IMG/VR virus record: IMGVR_UViG_3300036780_000209 | Coordinates: 32,001-96,000 of that record | Source: a virus | Length of the DNA: 64,000 bases | Direction: 5' to 3' (one strand) | Notes under the pieces: model-generated | Database searches by the model: none | Told to the model about the DNA's origin: nothing | The model's input: the letters and a program-made list of their open reading frames with translations, nothing else | In this document: one piece after another, positions 56,639 to 64,000 of the stretch | Position numbering within the stretch: the first letter of the stretch is position 1 | How the letters are laid out: each line of letters starts with the position of its first letter | Program-made: the position numbers and the translations under genes

Positions 56639-57145
56639 TCACTCTTCCCAGCCGACCGTCAGGGTGTACAGGTGAGCGGTGGGCAGTGCGTTGCCGATAT
56701 TGAAGAAGGCGATTCCGTTGGCGTTGGATGCGGCTGAGGGGATCAGCAGCTCCTCCAGAAGCTCATACGGAAGGTCAACCGCCGCCTGGGTGTTGAAGCT
56801 GACCTCGTACAGGTACGGGGCCGTCCAGGTGGCGGTGGGGACGGTGGACCAGGCGGTGTCCAGGCCCGCAGCCGAGGCTGCGGCAGACGTGCCGGGGTCC
56901 AGGGGCTTGCCGGTGCTGGTGCCGGTGGAGGTACCGCGAGCCGTAGTGCGGACCATGCCGACAGTCACCTGCTGGGAGGTCGGGGCACCGGTACCGGCCC
57001 GCACGCCGAGGGTCACCCGGCGGAGCTTGACGGTAAGGGAGGTACTCCCGGCCAGTGCGCCGAAGAGGGCGTTCGCGGTAGCGCCGGAAGGCGCGGTCGC
57101 GTTCAGCGCGGTAGCTGACTCGACGGTGGCGTAGTAGCGGGCCAA
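56639..57145 (-). CDS. probable virion structural protein
   Basis: Thr/Ala-rich beta protein in tail cluster. Confidence 0.6.
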   Translation of the reverse strand: MARYYATVESATALNATAPSGATANALFGALAGSTSLTVKLRRVTLGVRAGTGAPTSQQVTVGMVRTTARGTSTGTSTGKPLDPGTSAAASAAGLDTAWSTVPTATWTAPYLYEVSFNTQAAVDLPYELLEELLIPSAASNANGIAFFNIGNALPTAHLYTLTVGWEE

Positions 57146-57231
57146 GGCCGTGCTCCTGACTGAAAGGAAACTGCTGTCACTGGTTCCCCGCCTGCTGGCA
57201 CCCCCCGACAGTGAGGCGTAATATCTCTCTC

Positions 57232-57519
57232 ATGCTGGTATCCGGGGCATCTGCCGCCCTGCGGGCCGCCGCGTTCGTCAGCGCCGCACGCCGCACCAGC
57301 TACTTCCCCCGCTGCTCGCACGGGCACGTGCTGAGCCCGGCCAACGTGTACGTGACCCCGGGAGGACGCGCCCAGTGCCGGGCCTGCCGCCGGGGGAGCG
57401 TGCGGAGATGGGAGAGGGCGCACCCGGAAGACGCCCGGGAGCAGAAGGCCGCCCGGCAGCGCGAGCGCCGGGCGGCCTTGCGTCAGAGCACGGAAGTCGA
57501 GCAGGTGGCCAGGATCTGA
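57232..57519 (+). CDS. HNH-associated Zn-binding domain without nuclease
   Basis: RCSHGHVLSPANVYV...RAQCRACRR; antisense to operon. Confidence 0.55.
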   Translation: MLVSGASAALRAAAFVSAARRTSYFPRCSHGHVLSPANVYVTPGGRAQCRACRRGSVRRWERAHPEDAREQKAARQRERRAALRQSTEVEQVARI

Positions 57520-58307
57520 GCCTTGCTCAGGGTGTAGGTCGTGTCGGCAAAGCCGTAGTTCGTGGTACCCGAGGCGGCGTTCGTGCCGGTGCCCAGGTTG
57601 CACTCGGCCTGCTCGGCCAGGGTGTACCCGGACAGCACCAGGCTCGTGTCCGCCGGGACGTAGCTCAGGCCGGTCCACAGGGCGGTATCCGAGACGAACA
57701 CCGCCATCGAGCCCGTGCCGCTGAACGCGACCGCCGCGCTGGCGGTGTTCACGGCCGAAGCGGTCAGGGTTGCCGTGGCGGACAGCAGCGGGCTCGTGGG
57801 CCTGAGGATGCCGCCGCCGCTGATGAACACCCGGGTGCGGTCGCGCAGCACCCGGTGGTAGGCGGCAGCGTACCGGCGCTCGGCCTTGAAGGCCGGGGTG
57901 CCGAAGATCACGCCGCCGGGCACCGGGGGCAGCGGGGCGGCGAACGCCTGGTGGAACGCCTTCGAGCGCTGGACGAGACGGCGAACGTACGTGCTTCCCA
58001 GGCGGCGGCTCACGAAGAGCGCCCCGGTGGTGACCTGGTTGCCCGGGAGCTTCGGCGGCTGCCATCCCTGGGGCGGGAAGAACTTCGCCCGGATACGGGC
58101 CTGGCGCAGGTAGTGAACCGGGTAGCGCCGGTTGGCCTCGAAGGAGGGACCGCCGAAGGAGACCCCGCCGGGACCTGGGGCAGCCGGGGAGACCGGAGGA
58201 GCCGCGAAGATCCGCTGCCGGGACGCGGTTACCCTGTTGCGCTCGGTAGCCGGGTACCGGGCGCTCAGGTTCCTCCTGGCCGCCCCGTTGATGTCCGCTG
58301 TCGCCAT
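57483..58307 (-). CDS. probable virion protein, Arg-rich repeats
   Basis: Duplicated GGV(S/I)FG.P.F.A.RRY module; AFSGTGSM unit. Confidence 0.55.
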   Translation of the reverse strand: MATADINGAARRNLSARYPATERNRVTASRQRIFAAPPVSPAAPGPGGVSFGGPSFEANRRYPVHYLRQARIRAKFFPPQGWQPPKLPGNQVTTGALFVSRRLGSTYVRRLVQRSKAFHQAFAAPLPPVPGGVIFGTPAFKAERRYAAAYHRVLRDRTRVFISGGGILRPTSPLLSATATLTASAVNTASAAVAFSGTGSMAVFVSDTALWTGLSYVPADTSLVLSGYTLAEQAECNLGTGTNAASGTTNYGFADTTYTLSKAQILATCSTSVL

Positions 58308-58336
58308 GATGGCCGCCCTAGGTCAGAGGACCGGGA

Positions 58337-58735
58337 TCAGGCCAGGGCCAGCGTCAGCGATGCACTGCCGATGGTGAAGGTGTCTCCCGAGTTGACGGTC
58401 TTGTTCGAGGTCAGCGCGCCCTGCCACTTGCGGGCCGGGGAGCCGGTGCTGTCCCATAGCTCGATGCCCACGATGGTGCAGGCGGGCATGTTCGTGACCG
58501 TGACAGCCGAGTTGCTGGCGATCGAGCCGGCGGAAGCACTCGCGAACGTCACAGTGGGCGCTCCGGTGCCCGAGGTATAGCCTCCGCCCGTGGTCAGCTC
58601 AGTGCCGTTCGCGGTCGCTGACCCGTTCACGGTCATCAGGCGAACGTGAATAGGTCCGGTAGTAGCCGTGAAAGATCCCTGGCCCGTGGATCCGGCCAGG
58701 ATGTTGTTCGCGTGGGTCTGGTCGAAATTAGCCAT
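58337..58735 (-). CDS. minor tail/fiber protein
   Basis: ELTTGGGY...SNSAVT...GIELWDS...GALTSNKTVNSGDTFTI. Confidence 0.7.
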   Translation of the reverse strand: MANFDQTHANNILAGSTGQGSFTATTGPIHVRLMTVNGSATANGTELTTGGGYTSGTGAPTVTFASASAGSIASNSAVTVTNMPACTIVGIELWDSTGSPARKWQGALTSNKTVNSGDTFTIGSASLTLALA

Positions 58736-58961
58736 CGCCGCCAGGTCCTCCGGTCAGGAAGCCGATGAGTGCCTCGCCGCGACGATCCCCGGCGCTGGCC
58801 AGGATCGAGTCGCAGCTTCCGTCGGGGCAGCCCGCCGAAGAGCAGCAGTCCATGTGCCGTACCAGGGTGACTCCCCCGTCTTCCGTCATGACGGAATGGC
58901 GCGGGTGATCGTCCGACTGGCCGCAGGCATCGCAGTCGCGCACGGCACGGGTTTCGCTCAT
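58728..58961 (-). CDS. small Cys-rich protein
   Basis: CDACGQSDDHPRH...HMDCC...CPDGSC. Confidence 0.6.
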   Translation of the reverse strand: MSETRAVRDCDACGQSDDHPRHSVMTEDGGVTLVRHMDCCSSAGCPDGSCDSILASAGDRRGEALIGFLTGGPGGDG

Positions 58962-59013
58962 GGTCGGGCCTCCTCTTTCCTTCTCCGGCGGGCGGCGTGC
59001 GGCGACAGCCCGG

Positions 59014-59991
59014 TTACCAGTTGACGAGCCGGGCGCTGGCCCCGGCAGAAGCGACCTTGTCAGCGCGCTCGACGGTGATTGCCTGGCAGTCGGCGACGTT
59101 GACCACCGCGACCTGGCCGCGCCGCATCGGGTGCGCCGAGACAGCGCCCTTGCCGTCATGCCACTTCGTGAGCTTGATCACTGCTCCGTCGCCCCCGGCC
59201 AGGGACAGCGCTGCATGAGTGAAGGCGGCGGGTGCGTGGACGGCCGATGAGCCGGCCCACACCGGGCAGTGAACGGGGAGGTCCCCGGCCTTGACATTGA
59301 TCAGCACGTCATCGCTCCTGGACGAGGTTGCGGGAGGGGGAGGCGGGGCGGCCTTGACCAGGACGTGCCCGGCCAGGGCGGCAGCGGTGGACTGGAAGGC
59401 CGAGCAGTCCACCGGGCCGGCCACCCCGGGCACCTGGGCCTGGCTCGTGAACTGGAGCAGCAAGGGGGTCATCCCGCCGTACGGAGCCCACCAGGCAGAC
59501 GGAACGGACGCATACAGGGCCTGCGGGGTACCGCTCCCGGCGACGTACTCGCTGGCCCAGGTCCAGTCGAAGAAGGTGAGGTCGGCCGAGCCGGTGTACC
59601 AGTGCGGGGCATAGCCGCCGACAGGGTGGTGCGGGTAGTGCTCGCGGACCCGGGCAACTGCCTCCCGGGCCTGGGCGGTGGTGGGGCTGCCGTCAGCAGC
59701 GCGCTCCAGGTCGATCGCAATGCCGAAACCGGTCAGGTCCCCGGCATTAGCCGCGAACCAGTCGGCCTGCTCGGTGCCGGTGCCCGTGGCATCCATGAAG
59801 AAGTAAGCGAGCGGGATGAATCCGCTTGCCTTCGCCCGGGCCAGCAGGGCCGGCTTGGCGGCGGGCCAGTACGGGTTCGCGTACTTGGTGCCCTCGGTGA
59901 CCTTCTCGGCCCCGAATTCCGTGGACTCGTCCGTGACGGCCCAGTTGACATTGCCCTGGAAGCTGGATGCGTCAATCCCGAAGATGGTCAC
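59014..59991 (-). CDS. endolysin, GH25 muramidase
   Basis: FGIDASSFQG, KVTEGT.Y.NP, AYFF, AIDLE, WASEY, LLQFTS, VDCS. Confidence 0.9.
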   Translation of the reverse strand: MTIFGIDASSFQGNVNWAVTDESTEFGAEKVTEGTKYANPYWPAAKPALLARAKASGFIPLAYFFMDATGTGTEQADWFAANAGDLTGFGIAIDLERAADGSPTTAQAREAVARVREHYPHHPVGGYAPHWYTGSADLTFFDWTWASEYVAGSGTPQALYASVPSAWWAPYGGMTPLLLQFTSQAQVPGVAGPVDCSAFQSTAAALAGHVLVKAAPPPPPATSSRSDDVLINVKAGDLPVHCPVWAGSSAVHAPAAFTHAALSLAGGDGAVIKLTKWHDGKGAVSAHPMRRGQVAVVNVADCQAITVERADKVASAGASARLVNW

Positions 59992-60015
59992 ATAGCTTCC
60001 GGGGAGAGTCCGGGG

Positions 60016-60363
60016 CTACGGCAGGATCAGGCCGCCCCTGGGGAGGGTGACCCGCTGCGGGGCCTGATCCGTCTTCTGGTTGGCCTCGACCTCAGCCCGG
60101 ACCTTCTCGTAGAGGGACCGGACCACCCGGTCCACGGCAGCCTGGGGAGCATAGGGATCCGGGACGTGATCGATGTGCGTGACGTGATCCCCCGGCGCGG
60201 ACTGCATGAACAGCGCGACGGCGTAGGTGGTGATCATCTCCTCGCCCATCGGCACCATCACCGGGATGATCTCGTGATCAATCTGATCCCGCTCGACGGC
60301 CAGGATCGGAAGGTTCTTTATGCCGTCCAGGACCTTTTGGTTGAACCTGTCCGCAAGCCTCAT
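60016..60363 (-). CDS. hypothetical protein
   Basis: Ends GGLILP; TGATG coupling. Confidence 0.65.
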   Translation of the reverse strand: MRLADRFNQKVLDGIKNLPILAVERDQIDHEIIPVMVPMGEEMITTYAVALFMQSAPGDHVTHIDHVPDPYAPQAAVDRVVRSLYEKVRAEVEANQKTDQAPQRVTLPRGGLILP

Positions 60364-61895
60364 CAGTTCCCCATTTTCCTGTTCTTCGCCATCGCGAACA
60401 TCACCCTGCGGTCCTGCCCGGTGACGAATCCGTCGGCGTCCACGTCGCCCAGCATATTATCCTGCTGGTCATTCCTCTCAAGCAGCTTGGGAATCGTCCT
60501 GGTCTGCTCGATGGTCTTATCCGTGACAAATGTCATGAACGTCAGCGGATTACCCTGGAGAATGCGATGGCCGCGCCCGGCCCTCTGCGTCCTGGTGGCA
60601 TTAGTGAAGGCGGCCTCGTACTCGATGATGTAATCCGCCTCGGGCACGTTGATGCCCCGGGCGGCGGTGTCCGAGGCGAGCAGCACGGCCGGTCCCGGGT
60701 ACTCGCGGAATGCCTTCACCGCCCGGTCCTGCTGGAGCCTGGTTAGCTGGCCATGGCAAGTAAAGACCTTCTGGGTGAGCCTGCGGGCCAGTACGGGCAG
60801 GACGGTCTGGCCGTAGAAGGTGAAGACGAGAGCCTTGTGCCCCTGCTGCTCGATCATGCCCAGGTGGTAGGCGAGCATCTCGGCCTTGGCGCTGGAGCAT
60901 GCTCGCAACTCGTCCTCCAGCTCCTGCGCCACCATGACTGCCAGTCCCGATCCGCCGCGCCTGCCTGCCTCGATGACGGCAAGAGGGTCACCCGCGAGCT
61001 GGCGGAGCAGCACGGCGAGGCCGGGCACGTTCACGTAGCCGTCCTCGTCCCAGGCCAGGTCCTCCAGCTTCCTGTAGATCGCGTACTGGTCGGCATGCAT
61101 CTGGCACCGGATGAACTTCTCCGCGAACGGCGGGAACTGGTCCCGTACGTCCGGGTCAGTCTTGCGCTTGCGCAGGGTCAGCGGATCGCATGCCTGCCGG
61201 AGCCACTCGATCCCCTCGGGATTGTAGACCGGATTATGATAGGCATTACGGTACAGGACGCAGTTCTTGTTGAACTCGTCAACGGAGGGCATTCTGTGCG
61301 GAGCAAGCACCCGCATTTCATTGAAAAATCCCTCGTAGGAGTTAGAGCCCACCGGAGTGGCCGTGAGCCCCAGGGTCCGGACGCCGGTGCCGCTGGCCTT
61401 GGCAATCTCCACGACAAACCGGCGATGGGCCTTGTAGTTCCTGGAGGACCGGTTAGACAGCTTGCTGATCTCGTCGTAGATGACCAGGAGCCGCTTTCCT
61501 GAGTAGGCCTGCAGGAAGGGTCCGGGCCGGAGTTTCAGGCTCGTCTCGAAGACGATGGCATCCGACTTCATCGTCTCGTACGTGGTGATGAGGACGAGCG
61601 GAATTCTTTCCAGGTGCTTTTTCCGGCTGGCCCCATGGTAGATGACCACGTCCTCAAAGCGCGTGAAGGAAGCGAAATCATCTTTCCATTCCGTGAGCTT
61701 ATTGGGCTCGCAGACGATGATGACGTAATCAGCTTCCCCGTCCTCGACCGCCAGGCTGGAGACGCCCAGGGCGGCCATGCTCTTCCCGACGCCGGTATCC
61801 CAGACGAGCATGGCCTGCTCCATCAGGTGAGCACGGGCAATGTGGTCGATCTGGAACGGGATCGCCTTCGGGGGGCAGAAGAGCGAGGCCGTCAC
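60363..61895 (-). CDS. SNF2-family helicase
   Basis: WDTGVGKS, ITTYE, IYDEIS, LTATP, ARGINV, QRAGRGHRI. Confidence 0.9.
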   Translation of the reverse strand: MTASLFCPPKAIPFQIDHIARAHLMEQAMLVWDTGVGKSMAALGVSSLAVEDGEADYVIIVCEPNKLTEWKDDFASFTRFEDVVIYHGASRKKHLERIPLVLITTYETMKSDAIVFETSLKLRPGPFLQAYSGKRLLVIYDEISKLSNRSSRNYKAHRRFVVEIAKASGTGVRTLGLTATPVGSNSYEGFFNEMRVLAPHRMPSVDEFNKNCVLYRNAYHNPVYNPEGIEWLRQACDPLTLRKRKTDPDVRDQFPPFAEKFIRCQMHADQYAIYRKLEDLAWDEDGYVNVPGLAVLLRQLAGDPLAVIEAGRRGGSGLAVMVAQELEDELRACSSAKAEMLAYHLGMIEQQGHKALVFTFYGQTVLPVLARRLTQKVFTCHGQLTRLQQDRAVKAFREYPGPAVLLASDTAARGINVPEADYIIEYEAAFTNATRTQRAGRGHRILQGNPLTFMTFVTDKTIEQTRTIPKLLERNDQQDNMLGDVDADGFVTGQDRRVMFAMAKNRKMGN

Positions 61896-62215
61896 GCGGC
61901 TATCTCCGTGTCCTCGACCCCGACCATGAGCGTCATCCGGAACGGGGCCGGGCTGAGCGGGATGTCCCGGCTCGTCACCAGGTCCTCCCGGCAGAAGATG
62001 TCCGCAGAGGCCGCTGAGCGGCACGGTTCCCGGAGGTAGCCGCTGAGCATGATGCGCCCGTCGTCGGCCAGCACCTGCCGGGTGAGGGAGATAAGGTGCC
62101 TCCTGCAGCCATGGATGACGGCATACCACGGGCCGTCATCGTGAAGCAGGCGCTCCAGGAGGCGGGCTCGCGCCACGAGCTGAGAGATCCTCAGCTCCAG
62201 CTCCGCAGCGGACAT
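61892..62215 (-). CDS. hypothetical protein
   Basis: RBS AAGGAGG. Confidence 0.6.
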   Translation of the reverse strand: MSAAELELRISQLVARARLLERLLHDDGPWYAVIHGCRRHLISLTRQVLADDGRIMLSGYLREPCRSAASADIFCREDLVTSRDIPLSPAPFRMTLMVGVEDTEIAA

Positions 62216-62275
62216 TTCTCCTCCTTCTAGCTGCGACGAGGTTACAGGGAAACCTGCCTGGTGTCTCCCCTGCGC

Positions 62276-62304
62276 TTGTGCATTACAAGGTTCCTTGGTA
62301 AACT
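62276..62304 (+). promoter_or_regulatory. sigma70-type promoter with palindromic box
   Basis: TTGTGC-17-TAAACT; box TACAAGGTTCCTTGGT. Confidence 0.75.
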
Positions 62305-62335
62305 CATCTTAATGAACCGCCCGCGAGGAGGACAA

Positions 62336-64000
62336 GTGACGACCACAGCCCCCAGGACCTTCACCGACATAGAGGAAATCTTCGCCCAGCGGCTGCCCGG
62401 CTACACGCCGCGCCCCGCCCAGCGCGACACCGCCGCCCGGATCGGCCAGGCCATCTCCGACGAGGGCCTTGCCCTCATCGAGGCCGGCACCGGCACCGGC
62501 AAGTCCTTCGCCGGCCTGATCCCCGCCGTCCTCTCCGGGAAGCGCACCGTCGTGGGCGTCCCCGTCAAGGCGCTCCAGGACCAGTACATCGGCGACCTGC
62601 GGTTCCTCGCCCAGTTCCTCGACTTCACGTGGGCCATCCTCAAGGGCCGCAGCAACTACTTCTGCCGCGCCCAGGCCGAGGCCCTCCAGGCCCCCAACGC
62701 CATCCAGCGGGAGGTCATGCGGATGGTCGCGGACAAGGCCACCGAGACGGGCGACCGCTCTGAGTTCCCCCCGGTCCCGAACGAGGACTGGTCGGCCCTG
62801 TCCATCAGTGCCGCCGAGTGCCCCGGCCGCAAGAACTGCCCCTTCGGCAAGACCTGCTTCGCCGAGCAGGCCAAGGACCGCGCCGCCGACGCCGACATCG
62901 TGGTCACCAACCTGGCCTACCTCCTCACCGACCTCGTGCTCCGCTCCCAGACCGCAGGCACGGTCAGCCTGCTCGGCGACTTCGACCAGCTCATCGTGGA
63001 CGAAGCGCACGAGCTGGAGGACGCGGTCACCAAGGCACTGGAGGACTCCATCGGCGTCGGCGCGTTCATCCGCCTGGCCCGTGACACCGACAACTTCCTG
63101 CACGACCACGGGCTCAAGGAGAACGGCTACCGGATCCAGGCGCTGGCCACCGCCATGTGGGACAAGGTCGAGCGCATCTACGCCAACTGGATGAAGGCCA
63201 ACCAGGTACGCAAGCCCGAGTCGATGCCGCTCCCCCTCAGCGTCATCATGGACTCTCTGGGCGACGACCTGGGCGGCCTGGTCAACGCCATCGCCGAATG
63301 CCGCGCCCAGGTGCTGGCCTTCCGCGCCGACGAGGACTCCAAGTTCGCCAAGTACCGGATGCTGCGCAAGCTCGACAACTGGCGCGAGCGGCTGATGGCC
63401 TTCGCGACCGACGAGCCCGACAAGACGGTCCGGTGGGTCCAGCAGGAGGAGCAGCTCGTGCAGCGCCGCAAGGAGATGCGCACCTACCTCCGGTCGGCCC
63501 CGGTTCACGCCGCGCCGTTCCTGCGGGCCAACGTCTGGGAGAAGATGCCCGCCGTCCTGATGTCCGCCACCCTGGCGGTCGGCGGCGACTTCGGCTACAT
63601 CTCGGAGCGGCTCGGCCTGGACACCTACGAGCCCGCCACCTTCATCACCCGGAGCCCGTTCGACTACGCCGCGCAGGCGATGGTCTACGTGCCCTCGAAG
63701 GACATGCCGATCCCGTCCGGGGCAACCTCCCAGGCCTGGCGCACCTACGCCCAGCAGGCCACCCGGGAGCTGGTCACCCGGGCTCGCGGAGGCGCGCTCC
63801 TGCTCTTCACCTCCCGGGTCGGCATGAACGACACCTACCGGGTGCTCGCCGACGACTTCCGCGCCCAGGGCCTGACCGTCCTGCGCCAGGGCGACGCCGA
63901 AAGCCCCGAGCTGATCCGCCGCTTCAAGGAAGGCAACGCGGTGCTGTTCGGGCTGCGGACCTTCTTCCAGGGCATTGATGTCCAGGGCGAGGCCTGCCGC
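62336..64000 (+). CDS. dinG: DinG/XPD-family helicase (runs off window end; absent from the ORF track)
   Basis: Hand translation: RPAQ, IEAGTGTGKS, KGRSNYFC, Fe-S Cys cluster, IVDEAHELE, MSATL, SPFDY, LLLFTS, FFQGIDVQG. Confidence 0.92.
   Translation, partial: MTTTAPRTFTDIEEIFAQRLPGYTPRPAQRDTAARIGQAISDEGLALIEAGTGTGKSFAGLIPAVLSGKRTVVGVPVKALQDQYIGDLRFLAQFLDFTWAILKGRSNYFCRAQAEALQAPNAIQREVMRMVADKATETGDRSEFPPVPNEDWSALSISAAECPGRKNCPFGKTCFAEQAKDRAADADIVVTNLAYLLTDLVLRSQTAGTVSLLGDFDQLIVDEAHELEDAVTKALEDSIGVGAFIRLARDTDNFLHDHGLKENGYRIQALATAMWDKVERIYANWMKANQVRKPESMPLPLSVIMDSLGDDLGGLVNAIAECRAQVLAFRADEDSKFAKYRMLRKLDNWRERLMAFATDEPDKTVRWVQQEEQLVQRRKEMRTYLRSAPVHAAPFLRANVWEKMPAVLMSATLAVGGDFGYISERLGLDTYEPATFITRSPFDYAAQAMVYVPSKDMPIPSGATSQAWRTYAQQATRELVTRARGGALLLFTSRVGMNDTYRVLADDFRAQGLTVLRQGDAESPELIRRFKEGNAVLFGLRTFFQGIDVQGEACR

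Noticed and set aside
1-64000. tRNA/rRNA genes, reverse transcriptase systems (retron, DGR) and host chromosome flanks
   Set aside because: No cloverleaf or RT motifs noticed by eye; phage-type organisation continues to both window ends.

Overview
High-GC 64 kb segment of a large tailed actinobacteriophage genome (host group inferred from GC content, codon usage and gene content). No tRNA, CRISPR array, integrase or major capsid gene was recognised. Layout: (i) minus-strand head/packaging genes (probable portal, internal virion proteins, terminase large subunit); (ii) a plus-strand island at ~6.3-20.2 kb of small accessory genes (HicA-like toxin, Toprim/TopoVI-A-like nuclease, secreted GH12 glycoside hydrolase, ParB-like protein); (iii) a replication/recombination block (RuvC, Cas4-like nuclease, Hjc-like nuclease, RecA, DnaE, SSB-like, Prim-Pol/SF3 primase-helicase, 5'-3' exonuclease, UDG, SNF2, DinG); (iv) lysis and tail-associated genes. 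Three notable structures. First, a ~2130-aa effector polyprotein (about seven ADP-ribosyltransferase-like domains, GNAT, nucleotidyltransferase, two ParB-like domains, a HiPIP-like domain and a 2H phosphoesterase) whose modules are separated by (K/R/H)-x-A-A linkers also present in the virion proteins, suggesting packaging and protease processing. Second, two ORF-only HNH elements inserted at ATGA sites: one splits the polyprotein's nucleotidyltransferase, the other separates a gene from its RBS, and both leave translation signals that could rescue the host gene. Third, a 16-bp palindrome (consensus TACAAGGATCCTTGTA) at about 15 sites, mostly in the -35/-10 spacer of sigma70-type, often leaderless promoters. 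All product calls come from motif recognition by eye; no database search was run.
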